The position numbers and the translations under genes were made by a program. 64,000 nucleotides of DNA from Isurus oxyrinchus (lineage: Eukaryota): contig JANJGN010000013.1 of NCBI GenBank assembly GCA_026770705.1, positions 41,726,001 to 41,790,000 on the forward strand, read 5' to 3'. How positions within the stretch are numbered: position 1 is the first letter of the stretch; each line of letters opens with the position of its first letter. Below the pieces are notes generated by a model, which had not been told where the DNA came from, did not search any database, and worked only from the letters and a program-made list of their open reading frames with translations. Below, piece by piece: positions 13,412-26,325 of the stretch.

Positions 13412-13636
13412 TATTGTATTTTATTTAATTAATTACTCTAGTATCTTTACACTTTATAGTAATTAATTTTTTTTACACCAGTATCAATCTTATACTTAAC
13501 AAGCTATTTTCAAGAAGAGAGGAAAAAAGACTAAAGGCCTAAACAGAAACTAAAGACCTTACTTTTAATTTTAAGACGAGAGATACTCACTAATTCTACT
13601 CACCTATCAGCTGCTTTCCCTGCACTTGCGTCATGT

Positions 13637-15204
13637 TGTAACTGTCAGCAAGTACTTTGGCTGGCAATTAGGGTTGACAAGGGCCTTGTTCACAAGTGAG
13701 TAGAGATTCAATTCTGGAATATCAACAGGTGAGAAGAAAGGCAGAAGTTTAGTGTTGGTTTGTGGTAAGAACTGAGGAGCACAAATTCCCCAGTAGGGGA
13801 CTAACGAAAGGTGACACGACTGGGTGACAGGATTTAGAGGAGACAGCAGAGAAGGATCTGTGAGGGACCAAGAGAGAAAAGGATGATAGAACTAACACAG
13901 ATCCAAAAGGACACAGAGAGAATCCAGATTGCATAGCAGCACATAGCATCAGGCCAGTAGCTGCCGCTGGTTTCACTGCAGGTAGGCCTCTCAATCCATG
14001 CCTTCTATCCTCTTCCACTCACCTCTCACTCAAAATATACTATTTCGAGCCTTAGGAATAGGAAAAAACCTTAATCACTTACCAGGTACTCACCAGTTAA
14101 CCAGTTTCTTCTCCTGTAGCAGAGCAAGAATCAATTCCTGGAAGCTGAAAAAGTTTAGGCAAAAGCAACCAAACGCCTCTTGCCCATTCTCCACTTAACT
14201 CCCTGAAGCGCTCAACTCTGGCACCATATTGTAAGTCACACTAAATTGGCTACTTATATATGCTCCTAACACAAAAGGCCTATATGAGTCACTTAATGAG
14301 GATCCAGTTTCAGCTGGTTCTTAAATAAGCTGCCCTTTCACTAGAACCCTTGAAAAAACCCTGCTTAAGGCCGGCAACTACAGAATTTAAACTGTAGATT
14401 TCAGCTTAATGCCAACTACAAACTAAATTAGATTTGTGCAAAATACCCAACAGCTGCATGCACTCAGTCCCCTCTCCATGTTTTTTTTGAAATGAAGTCT
14501 CCCTGCTCTCCGTGTTCTTTTTAAAATGAAGTCTCTCCACTCTCCACACTCTTTTAAAAATGAAGTCTCTCCACTCTCTGCGCTCTTTTTAAAATTAAAT
14601 CTTCCCGCTTTCCGTGCTCTTTTTTAAATGAAGTATTAAATGAAGTACTCGTCTGCTGACACTTCCGAGCTTTACTGTGACCTCTGTTTTCTTCTGATGC
14701 TGTATTCTCTTTGTGAATTTAGATTCAGTTTCCTGCTGGCTCCCCACTTCCTCGTAGCTTTGGAAACATAAGAAATCGGAAGAAAATAAGAAACAATTAT
14801 CTGCATTAATCCCATGGATTTTTACCTTTCACCCTATCCTGGCTTCCTAAACTTCATTACTTCTGATCCTTGTGCACCGCACTCCTCTACTGGCCTAATG
14901 CTATGTGCTGCTGTGCAATCTGGATTCTCTCTGTGTCCTTTTGAATCTGCGTTAGTTCTATCAGCCCTCTTTTCTCTCTTGGTCGTTCACAGATACTTCT
15001 CTGCTAAAATCCTGTCACCCAGTCGTGTCACCTTTCATTACTCCCCTATCGGGAATTTGTGCTCCTCAGTTCTTACCACAAACCAGCACTAAACTTCTGC
15101 TTTTCTACTCTCCTGTTGATATTCCAGAATTGAATCTCTACTCACTTGTGAACAAGGTCCTTGTCAACCCTAATTGCCAGCCAAAGAGCTTGCTGACAGT
15201 TACA
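13637..15204. repeat. Long inverted repeat: arms 13637-13960 and 14887-15204
   Basis: TGTAACTGTCAGC...GGCCAGTAG versus CTACTGGCC...GCTGACAGTTACA; ORFs 13749- and 14814+ give near-identical translations. Confidence 0.9.
14467..14647. repeat. ~35-bp tandem repeat, ~5 units
   Basis: Unit approximately CTCTCCGTGCTCTTTTTAAAATGAAGTCTCTCCA; possibly a CR1 5' monomer array. Confidence 0.8.
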
Positions 15205-15384
15205 AATACTTACTGAAATATATTGCTCTTTGAAAGTGATCATTTCACATATTGTGCCATTATGGCTGACAAAAGATTCACCTGCTACATTTAAAAAATA
15301 CACCTTGTATGCATAATTTAGGCTTGGTCACAAGTGATGAATCATTTGCATTTTTGTGCCTTCTATTTCAATCAGTAAGGAGAA

Positions 15385-16285
15385 CATAAAAATGAACATG
15401 TGAATAAATGAATTAGGAGCAGGAGTAGGCCATTTGGGCCCTCGAGCCTGCTTCGCCATTTGATAAGATCATGGCTAATCTGACTGTGGCCTCAGCACCG
15501 CATTCCCCCTACCCCTGGTAACCTTGACACCCTTGTTAGTCAAGAATCTATCTACCTCTAACTTAAAAATATTCATTGACCATGCTTCCACCACTCTCTG
15601 TGGAAGAGAGTTTCAAAGATTCACAACCTTCTCAAAGGAAAAAATTCTCATCTCTGTCTTAAATGGGGGGCCCCTTATATTTAAACTGTGTTCTCTGATT
15701 TTAGTCACTCGCACAAGGGGAAACATCCTTTCAGCAATCTGTCGAGTCCCCTCAGGATCTTATATGTTTCAGTAAGATCACCTCCCATTCTTCTGAACTC
15801 CAATGGATAAGGCTCAGCCTGTCCCACCTCTCCTCATAAGATAACCTCCCCCCATCCCAGGTATTGATCGAGTGAACCTTCTCTGAACTAAGGAGACCAA
15901 AATTCTACACGGTACTCTAGATGTGGTCTCATCTGCACCCTGTACAATGCTAGCAAAACATCCCTACTTTTATATTCCATTTCCCTTGGAATAAACTACA
16001 ACATTCTATTTGCCTTCCTTTTCATTTGCTGTACCTGCATACTAACATTTCCTGATTCATGGACCAGGACAGCCAGATTGCTCTGTACCTCAGAATTCTG
16101 CAATCTCTCTCTATTTAAATAGAATGCTTCTTTTCTATTTTTCCTGCCAAAGTGGACAAGTTCACATTTTCCCACATTGAACTCCATCTACCAAATTTTT
16201 GCCCACTCACTTAACCTCTCTATATCCCTTCGCAGATTCCTTATGTCCTCTTCACAACTTACTTTCTTACCTATCTTTGTATCAT
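15385..16285 (-). mobile_element. 5'-truncated CR1 LINE
   Basis: MEFNVGKCELVHFGRKN (15996-16187) and CR1 3' UTR. Confidence 0.88.
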
Positions 16286-17045
16286 GTGTCACGGCAGTCT
16301 TCAAGGCTGGACTAAAATGATTGGTGATCACGACCTCAACTCACAGCAAGAGGTTTAATGCATTTTTTTGGCATTTGTCAGGCCAGTTTTTGATTCACCC
16401 TGATTGGGTGCTTTGCTCTCCCCCTCTCCCTTGCAATCCTTATCCTGACCCATCATTGGACTTCTGTCATCTTACTTTCTTGTGTCATCCCTGACTTCAA
16501 TCCCCAACGCTCCCAATGGCCAGACCTGTGTTTTTATTATGGTGAACCAAAGCATTGGAGAAATAGATTCCGATGGCTGGGAGTTGAGCCCATTGAAAGG
16601 CAGCCCATGCTCTGGGATTTGAATGGTCTTTACTGTGACCTGGTAGAAGCTATTGTAAATCACACAAGCACAATGTAGCATATGCTTCAGTGCATCCTTA
16701 CATATCTACTATGACCTATCCCATATATATGGTAACTATTAGAGACTCAACAATGGTGTCTATCACTAAAAAACAAACAGGTCAGTATCATCCCACTAAG
16801 TGCAGGAGTGGGCGGGTAAAACGTAGTTTTACCTGCTGGCCGCAATGGCGGCTTTCCATACCATATCATCCCAAACCCAGTGCATTAATTATGCATTCCC
16901 GGGAAACATGCCATTTTCATGACGGGCGGGCTCTCAATTGCCCGCCACACCATCACCTTGATGCTTCATCAAGCCGGGTGGCATATTTAAAGTGCAGCTG
17001 CGTGCACACCTCTCAGTGCTTCCAGCCCACAACTGCTGCTAAGAC

Positions 17046-18695
17046 ATGGCCCCAAAAGGCAAGAAGACTGCAGCCCCCTGGTTCAATGATGTGTACCTCA
17101 AGCGCCTTTTGGATGCATTGGAGGCTCACCGTGATGTCCTCTATGCATGCTCTGGCCGCAGAATGGACATTAACCTCACTAATATGGCTTGAGAGGCAGT
17201 GGCAGCAGTGATCAGCGCCAATGTCCTGCAAAAGAGGACAGCCACCTAACGCTGCAAGAGGATGAATGATCTTCCCTGTTCTGCCATGGTAAGTCACTCT
17301 TCTTGCAGTCTCAACTCACACACTCACAAACCCATCACACATCCACAGGGCCCTCAGTCACTGCCAGCTCAAGGGACATCACAATTCACTCTCTCACACA
17401 CACCTTCATTGTCCTCATCCTGTTCATAGGACCACTCACCACCCACACATGCCAGTCATACTTATTATTTGGCCTAGCAGGCATCCTGCATACACTCTCT
17501 CTATCTCTATTTATGCAGGACAAGCTGCTGCACAACAAGAGTTAGAGGTCGCATACCAGCGTACTTTCAAAATAGAGCCACCCGCTGGCCGGTGAAGATC
17601 TAGACTGGTCTTGTGCAGATGGTGAGGTCAGGGGTGCCCTTCCAAGTGAGGATCCAGCAGTGCAACATCCATCAGACAACCATGCTGACAGTGATGTGCC
17701 CTGTTTCACAGGCCACTGCCATGCACTAATTATCTCTCCTTTTTTTCGCAGGCACATCTGCCAAACAGCTGATGGAGTCCACCACACAGAGCCTCCAATC
17801 AAGACCCAAAGAAACCTTTGAAGAGGAATCTGAAGGCACCTTCTTTGAACTCCCGTCACAGTGCTAACCCACACCCTCCACCAGTGCAGAGACACACATC
17901 ACGGTGGGACCTAGCTTTAGATTTGCCACAGGATCACAATCTGATGAGCACATTGCACTTTCTGATCTCCAGCAGGTAGCAGCAGGGGCTTCCCTGGTGT
18001 CCAGCACTCGGAGGACTGCTGGAGGCCAGAAATTTTGTGTCTGAATTTGATGATGAGCATCTAGACTTGGTCATGTCACAGTTGCTGGAGCTGCAAAGGC
18101 AAACTCACGAACATCAGGAAGGGACATCCACTGCACTCCTCAGATTGCAAGGCATGATGGAGGACTCCGTCCACCTTCAGGCTGAGGTGATAGTGCCAGC
18201 ATACCAATGCACTGAGGTCAATACTGGTAGGATGGTGGCCACCATGGAGACCTTGGTCCAGGATGTCACTCCAGCACTGCACTGTGGGCTGAGCTCCATT
18301 GCTGACACCATAGTTAGCTTCCAACAGTGTGTATGTGAGAGGGGTACAGGGCAGCTCGATCTCACTCCAGCTACCCCTTCTCCTCAAGGAGTCATCCATA
18401 GGGAGGAGGATCAGCAGGTGTACACTCTAGGGCCATCCACCCCGGTGACTCCGGGAGTGTCCAGACCATCCAAATCCCCTTTTCCTGTGACCTCAGCAGC
18501 TCCAGCTCCACATCTCCATGAGGATGCCACTGCCATACAGCAGGTCCTCAAAAGCAGGCTAGGTCTTGGCCCTCCAGAGGATGGCCGTCAAGGCAGAAAG
18601 GGCGCAGCAGTCAGCAGGCTGCCTCCACCTCATCTGTGGATGTCTGGGGAGCACTAAGACATAGCGGCAGAGTTAGGAAGATGAAGAAGATGTAA
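17046..18695 (+). pseudogene. Harbinger Myb/SANT-like gene, probably 3 exons, disrupted
   Basis: MAPKGKKTAAPWFNDVYLKRLLDALEAHRDVLY...*EAVAAVISAN...RCKRMNDL; donor GTAAGT at 17289, acceptors ending 17518 and 17751; exon-3 ORF 18037-18657. Confidence 0.75.
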
Positions 18696-18824
18696 CTCTA
18701 TTTGAGTCAAAAGAAATAAACTATATTAACAAAGCAAGGGACAAATTAATAGGCAGCCCCTTAAAGGGAAACTGTAAAAACAAAAGACAAAATTTAAAGG
18801 AAACTTACAAACATTAAACCAAAG
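18694..18824 (-). mobile_element. 131-bp AT-rich retroposed insert (probable truncated LINE 3' end) with 12-bp TSD
   Basis: TSD TGAAGAAGATGT at 18682-18693 and 18825-18836; reverse complement matches 57340-57459 and 57580-57696. Confidence 0.75.
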
Positions 18825-19551
18825 TGAAGAAGATGTTGTTGCACAACCTGGGCACAGGTGTTAATAACTTCAACATAATGTTCACTATTGTCAATAAACT
18901 CCCAAGAATGTCTCCCTGCCTATGGCTCCTTGTTCTGATGAGCGATGTTCGTGTCACTCAGATGTGAAACATTTCTGCACAAGATAAAGGTAGGTGTCTC
19001 AGTCCAGAGCCTCTTCCCTGTACTTTGTGCAGCCTTCAGTCCAAAGTGATATACTGGCCTCACACTCCCTGGACATATTAATGATGTCTGCACCTCGACG
19101 GTTCTTGTCATTGCTGCCAGAATGTCATGGGCAGGCATCACAGAGTTCCATCATTCTGCCCATGTGCTCTCAGCACCTTTAAGCTGGGGCTGACCCCCAA
19201 CTCTTCATCATCTGTGACCAGTAACGCCGTGCTCCTGAAGGGGTCAGGTGCTGAAGGGGGACAAAGGGGCAGATGCTTTTAAAGTTTCATGGCTGGTCTC
19301 TATGATATGATCCTGATCAGAGTGCAGGCGAGCTGCCCTTGCCCAGACAGGAGCCAGACATTCTCAGAGGCTATGTGAAGATCTATGGAGTGTCCTCACT
19401 GCATGTTGTTATGTTCTACAATTGAGTGACTATTAGTGCCTCCACTGCCTCTCCATGACAGGAGCGTTATCACAGAGGGTATTCGCGCTGCCATAAACCA
19501 GACTGGGATCAAACATTCACAGGTGCAATCTGAGGATCTTATGGTGTCTCC

Positions 19552-20755
19552 TCACCACATGTCGTCATCATTGTCCACAAATCTAGTAGCAATGAGGGCC
19601 CTCCAAGCGCACTTGCCTCATCTGGCCAGCTTGATGGCCTCATCACTATCATCGTTGCCTTCGAGGACCTCCTCACCCTCATCACTGTCATGTCCTGCTC
19701 ATCGGAGGAGACCTCCAGCTCCTGCATCTCTTCTCCAGCCAGCTCCTCTCGCTGTTGCAGCACCAGGTTGTAAAGGGTGCAGCAGGCAATGACAATGCAT
19801 AATACTCTCTGTGGACTATATTGCAGGGCTCCATCAGACTAGTTCAGGCATTGAAATCTCATTTTCAGCAGCCCGATGTTTTGCTCCACCAAGTTGCAAG
19901 TTGCAGCTTGAGCCTCGTTATACCTTCACTCTGCTGCAGTCTGAGGCTGCCATACGGGTGTCATCTGCCAGGTCCTCTGCAGGTAGCCCTTGACCCTGAG
20001 AAGCCATCCCTGCAGCTTCTGTGGACCCTGGAGAATATAGGGCTCCCTGGAGACCGTATGCAGACCTGTAGGATGCAATTGTGGTGGTCGCACATCAGCT
20101 GCATATTCAGCGAAAGGAATCCCTTGTGGTTGACATAGTTGACTGTTGTGCCGGAAATCTGAGCGCCATGTCAATGTAATTGATGGCACCCTGCACCTGT
20201 GGGAAACCCAAGATTTGGGCAAATCCAATCGCTCTTGCATTCTGGCTCTCCTTGTTCCGGAGAAAATGCACAAAATTATGTGCCCTCGTGATGATGGCGT
20301 CCATGACCTCATGGATGTATTTGTGGATGGAGTCTTGTGATATCCCACAGAGGTCACCTGTGAAGCCCTGAAAGGAGCCACTGGCATCGAAATTGAGCAC
20401 CGCTGTCACTTTCACTGCCACTGACAGTGGATGTCCTCCATGTCCATGTGGTCCCAAATCCTGCAGCAACTGGCAACTATGTCCTTGGACCAGTTCCCTA
20501 GACATGCACAGTCTTCAGCGACAGTGGTTCTCGGTCATGTGCAGGAATAAAAGCCGGTATCTGTAGACCCTGGGTCTAGCTAGGCACTGACCAGTGACAG
20601 CCCGCTGTGGCTCTGTGTGTGGGAGCCCCAGTCGCCCCTTCTTCCAGAGGGTGCTGCTCCTCCCTCTGTGTAGTGAGGCACCTCAGTCAATTTCTTCTCC
20701 GTTGTCTTTGCTCTCTGTGTGCCATGAGTCATACAGCTAGTTCACCAGGCTCCAT
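19552..20755 (-). pseudogene. Harbinger (HARBI1-like) DDE transposase, disrupted
   Basis: HPLSVAVKVTAVLNFDASGSFQ..GDLCGISQ...GFPQVQGAINY (20107-20505); acidic C-terminal tail. Confidence 0.9.
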
Positions 20756-22914
20756 GATCTTGATGTACTTCTCCTTCAGGATGAAAGAGAGAATGATGTA
20801 TATGTTAGCATGGGTGTACTAAGAACCTGTCTTGATTAAGTTTGAAGGCCCCTTAACAAATCCTGGAGAGCTCTGCATGGCAGCCCAAAACCCCACCTTC
20901 CTCTGTCCCACTCCACTTGACCGATTGGTGGCAGCTTTGCCCATTGGACTGCACGCTGTGCTCTCAGCTCAGGCAACCAACACTTCAAGACTGCACTGTT
21001 AGCTTGAACATGGGGGACACTGGTCCAAACCGGGTGATGACATTGCAAGGGGCTGTGAGCACCTCCACCAGTGACGGCTCCACTGCCAGCTTTAGCAAGG
21101 AAATTGTACCACGTGCCCTGTTGTCCAACTGTTCTTCAGTGCACTAAAATGCTCATTCGTTTGCAGTCTGTGCCCGAGGGGTAAAAAGCTCTGGAGCACT
21201 TGGTGGCACTTTCATACCTCTGCATGGCTTGAATGGTCAGATAAGCTAGAGGCCCGACTCCAATCAGATCAATGTGGCTGCATCTGAACTGTCTCAGCTA
21301 CAAGGTTTTCCTAATGCATGGCCACTTCCCTCGCCACGGCCCCTCCACCCCATACATGTGCTTGTGTGCTACCTTCAGCTGCAAGGCGGCACTTGCTACC
21401 ACCCACATACACCTCAACCTTGCAATTCAACAGGCGACCCTAGTGAGCACTGTGCAATCTTGCTGTGCACTCACCTCTGGGTTCCCCTCAAAGTTTAGCC
21501 TGCTAAGTACACATCTTATATGTTGGCATGCAATCACGCCAACATGGGCAGACGATCCAGCAGGGAGGATGAGTCTGGTAGAGTGGCCTTATAATGATAT
21601 GCTGATGTATCAAATAAGGTTCCCGACGTGTGATGGCAGAAAATGTGGCCCAACATCGACGGGCGGAGCAGACGATCACAAACTGGTTTCACGGCATCGT
21701 GAAACCGATTTTTGGCCTTCTCGCCATATTATCCGCTCATGCTGCCAAGCACGTCTGATGTCAGTGGACACGTACGATTCCATCTGCAGGATCATCAAAG
21801 TTATCTGCAGTGACTTATCAGCCAGTTAGTTAGAAATTGCTGAAAATATCTTAATCAAAATGTATTAAACAGGACTTAGAGAAATATTCTTTGATGTTAA
21901 ATGCTAGAATATCATTGTCTGTTATCTAGCAGAAATATAATACAATTTTATAAAAATTTAAAGATGCAATGTAAATTTGTGGGCCGTGATCCTGGTGGCT
22001 ATGCTAAAATAAACCCCTCTGGGGTTTATTGCACTATGCACTGACTCTGACCAATTTGGAAGAGTCAGCTGGAGGGCACCTAATTTGCATGGGGTCAGTT
22101 GGTGTCTCTGCCATAATTGGTACATCTCTAACATTCCCCTAAAAATTTGCCAAGGCATTGTGGGCCGGACCTCTCTCCTTCTCAGTAAATCTCTTCATTT
22201 CAGTTAGTTTATCAGTCTTCAGACCTATTGAAGGTGCTGACATAATTGGGGGAGCAGGAACTTGCATCACATAGAGTGCCCACCCACTGGCAATGCCCCC
22301 ATGGTTGCCTTCAGACTCAACAGAGTCCTTTCATTTTGCATGAGTTTTGCTAGGCTGCCACCCGGGTTATATTGGAAGTGTACTTCGACGGCAGATTGAG
22401 GCTGAAACCCATGATCTGCTGACTAAGTACTTATTTCCTTTAGTGTTACACACAAACCATTAAGTAGAACTTACAAACAGATGTGGGATTCAGAGAACAC
22501 AATATGTAAAATAATTCTAAATGTCTTTCACATTAAATCAAAGAAAAGGAAAGGATAAGAAAGATTACTAAAATTTTTAGCTCCATACATAGATTTTTAA
22601 ATACAACTACCTCAGCACTTGTTTTAACTTCACTTTTTTAGGGAATTGCATACAATTCCAATTTAGAGTCTGTACGTTCTAGCAGTCAATATTCAGGTAG
22701 TTACATAAATTCATGTTAAATGGAACTTCCTTTATGTATCTACTTTTGCAACCTGTTTTTTCCCATGGATCAAATCTTTTCCTAGGCAGGAGAAAGGCAA
22801 CATCTGGAATGGACACTTCTCCTTAGACATTCTGTTATTAGACAATGGAAGGTATGCTTCAGCTGGGGGAAAGGAGCCAATGTAATAATTTCCTCCTTCT
22901 TTTTGAGCAATGAC

Positions 22915-24730
22915 AACAACCTATAGTGATATAGCACTTTTAATGTAATAAACATCCCATGGCACTTCACAGGAGCATTATAAAACAAGATATCACACCA
23001 CCGCCACATAAGGCAATATTGGGTCACATGATCAAAAACTTGAGTAAAGAGGTAGGTTTTATGGAGTGTGTTAAATGAAGAAAGGGAGGTAGAGAGGCAG
23101 AGCGATATAAACATAGGAGCATAAGAACTTAGGAGCAAGAGTAGGCCATTCAGCCCTTTCAGCCTGCTCTGTCATTCAATAAGGTCATAGCTGATCTGGT
23201 TGTGGTCTCAAATCCACTTTGCCGTCTGTTCCCATAACCCTTGACTCCCTTGTCTATCAAAGTCTGTCTAACTCAGCCTTGAATAAATTCAGTGACACAG
23301 CCTTCATTGCGCTCTGGGGAAGAGAATTCAACAGATTAATGACTCTCTAACAGAAAAAAATTCTCCTAATCTCCATCTTAAAAGGGAGGCCTCTTATTCT
23401 TAAACTTGTTCCAGACTCCCTTAAACTTATTCTTAAACTCCCTTGCTCTAATCTCCCCATCCCCCACAGGAAGAAACATCCTCCCAGTAACCACTCTATC
23501 AAGTCCCTCATGATCTTATATGTTTCAATACCTCTCATTCTTCTAAGCTCCAGTGGGTATAGGTCCAACCTGTTCAACCCTTCTTCATAAGTTAAGCCCT
23601 TCATTCCAGGAATGAGTCAAATAATGGCATATGTATTAACAGTGACCCTATTATATACTGCAACATGATTTATTTTAGTTTCTTACTACAGAAGCTTAAC
23701 ATCAGACAATAAACTCTTGAGTATAATGACCATTTGGTTCAAATTATTAGCTAATACTAATCTTTATATTGAGATTTGACTAGCTCAAGTACTTCTGTAC
23801 TTGAGCTAGAGTTATTTAGCTAATTGAATCTTACCTCTATTCTTGATAAACAAAGTATTTCTCCAAAGAATGAATGTTCTGCAGCAAGCTTCTGTTTTTG
23901 AGCAGTTGGTTATAGAATTCAATGCAACTTTGATCAAAGTTGACCCACGTTGCAAGCAATATTTTTAGAGTTGCCGTTCTATTCTGTTTCTCTTATCTGT
24001 CGAGGTGTTGTTCATGATGGAAAAGATCTGTTCCATGGGTACATTAGTTCCAGGCAGACACATTGCAAACTGAACAATAAGGCTGATGTAGGGAAGGTAT
24101 TCCAGAGTTTGGGCCTAGGTAAGTAAGGCCCAGCTCCAACAGTGCAGCAATTAAAATTGGGGATGCTGAAGAGGCCAGAATTAGAGGAGTGCAAGTATCT
24201 CAAAGGGTGTGGGGCTGGAGGAGATACAGAGATAAGCAGGAGCCAGACAATGGAGGGATTTGAGAACTAGAATAAGAATTTTAAAATAAAGACATTGCTT
24301 AACCAGGAGCCGATGTAGATCAGAGAGCAAAGGGGTGATAGCGGAATGAGACTTGGTGTGAATTAAGACAGGTGCAGCAGAGTTTTGGATGACCTCAAAT
24401 TTACGGAGGGTAAAATGTTGAAGACCAGGCAGGAGGCATTAGAATAGTCAAGTCTAGATGTAGTGAAGGCATGAATGAGGGCTTCAGCAGCAGATCAGTT
24501 GAGATATAGGCTAAGTCGAGTGATGTTAAGGAGGTGGAAACAGGCAGTCTTAGTGATGGTCCAAAGCTAACCTGGGGCCAAATGTGACACCAAGGTTGCA
24601 AAAAGACTGGCATAATTTCAGACCATTACCAGGGAGAGGGATGGAGTCGGTAGTTAGGGAACGGGGTTCAGAGCGGGATCTAAAACAATGGCTTCATCCA
24701 GTACTGGAAGGTGGGTCAGCAGTCTGATAA
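22915..24730 (-). mobile_element. L2 LINE 3' fragment in two pieces (22915-23102, ~24085-24730)
   Basis: L2-type tail (AAAGTGCTATAT...GTTGTTGT); minus-strand HAFTTSRLDYSNA motif near 24435-24475. Confidence 0.7.
23110..23620 (-). mobile_element. CR1 LINE 3' fragment
   Basis: MKGLTYEEGLNRLDLYPLELRRMRG; TCTTATG-type tail. Confidence 0.85.
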
Positions 24731-25552
24731 ACCATCAGAAGCAAAATATTAATCCTTCGCATGGGGCTTCATTCAATTGCCAGGCTGACAACTGCTGAAG
24801 TTTGATCGGCTGACGTAAGTAAGAGTCAGACAGCCCCAAAATTCACAGCTATGGTGAAGAATTAAATACCTTATGACCTGAAATATCCACTAATCAACAA
24901 AATACTTTATCCCCCGATTCTAACGTGGGTGGAGGTCGAGACACATGACAAATTATCCATGCCTCAACAAAGTGAGGCCCCAGAGATTTTAATTGCTAGG
25001 CCTAAGCTGCTTAGGTCCCAATAGTCTCTTGCCCAAGCCCAGCAGGGGAAGCCTAAGCTTTTCTTATGGGTCTGGAAGAGCGTACCTGTAATTTCTGATC
25101 CCATAGGAAACTAAAATAAAATAAAAAGCCATAATTGGCTTCCCAGCACAGGCCTCTTAATATCATCAGACCTTACTCTTCATACCCAAAGAAGGTCCCA
25201 ATGACTTCTGATGGCTCAGAAAAGATTGGAACCCACAGGAAAACGGAAGGGTTGGTATGGGTATGTAACACCTGAGGTACCCACCCACCCGGCTTCCACT
25301 GGGTAGTCAGGGTTAAAATCAAACATTGTATTTAAATCCTTCACTTAAGTGTGTGTCCAATCACAATAATCTAGTCAAGAGAGTGCATGAGTGATTCATG
25401 GGCCCCTCCAAACCATTTGATGCTTATAGAAGAAAGTTTGAGGCTCAAAATCATCCTGAGGTGGAAGGATAGTTAGTATTCAACAGTAGTGGAACAGTCA
25501 GGGATGCCTCAATGAGAAATGAAAACATCTTGCATATCACTAACAGTACTTT

Positions 25553-25702
25553 TTTATTCTGTGCCCGAATGTGAGCAGTACTGGCTAAGCATTTGATGCC
25601 CATCCCTCATTGCCCTTGAGAAGGTGGTGGTAAGCCACCTTCTTGAATGCTGCTGTCCACGTGGTGTATGTACACCAACAGTGTTGTTAGGGAGGGAGTG
25701 TT
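25553..25702 (-). mobile_element. Family-B LINE 3' end
   Basis: Matches 1550-1690. Confidence 0.75.
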
Positions 25703-25714
25703 CCTATTCCACCA

Positions 25715-26325
25715 GGAGTATTGAGTACAGTTTTGGTCCCCTTGCCTGGAAAGAAAATCAGTTTGGACCATTACTCTTATTTCCCAGTTTTTACTGTTTT
25801 CTCCTCCTGGGTATCTAAGAAAGGAGATACTTGTCATAGAGGGAGTGCAACGGAGGTTCACCAGGTTAATCTGTGGGGTGGTGAGATTGTTTTAGTAGGA
25901 GAGATTAAGGAAACAGCCTGTATTCTCTGGAGTTTCGAAGAATGAGAGGTGACCTCATTGAAACTTACAAAATTCTTACAGGGTGTGACAGGGTGGATGT
26001 AGACAGGATGTTTCCCCTGGCTGGTGATCTTAGAACCAGGGGACATAATCTCAGGTTAAGGGGTAGGCCATTTAAGAATGGGATGATGAGGAATTCCTTC
26101 ACTCAGAGGGTCCTGAATCTTTGGAATTCTCTACCCCAGAGGACTGTGAAAGCTCAACCATTGAGCATGCTCAAGACAGAAATCGATAGATTTCTGGAGA
26201 ACAATGGCATCAAGGGTTATGGAGATAGCGCAGGAAAGTGGCATTGAGGTAGATGATCAAGCCATGATCACATTGAATGGACGAGCAGGCTCAATGGGCC
26301 AAATGGCCCACTCCTGTTCCTATGC
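25715..26325 (+). mobile_element. CR1 LINE 3' fragment
   Basis: MRGDLIETYKIL...FTQRVLNLWNSLPQ (25942-26247). Confidence 0.88.
25745..25811 (-). mobile_element. ~67-bp TIR mini-element inserted in CR1
   Basis: CCTGGAAAGAAAATCAGT...ACTGTTTTCTCCTCCTGGG; same family as 38003-38198. Confidence 0.65.

Larger units (their letters stand above)
9040..13632 (-). mobile_element. Near full-length CR1 LINE (5' region may extend to ~14650)
   Basis: (TCTTATG)n-type tail at ~9040-9055; ORF2 motifs MRGDLFETYKIL, GNYRPVSLTSVIGKMLE, KSFFKYIK; ORF1 esterase VVGDSIIRG and Cys-rich/leucine-zipper N-terminus. Confidence 0.92.
16780..21785. mobile_element. PIF/Harbinger transposon 1, apparently full length, decayed
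   Basis: Degenerate TIRs (GGTCAGTATC / GATTCCATCT), flanks ACA/GCA; convergent Myb-like (+) and transposase (-) genes. Confidence 0.85.

Noticed and set aside
18037-18657. Longest ORF (206 aa) as a host gene
   Set aside because: Part of the Harbinger Myb-like gene; homologous to 30096-30521
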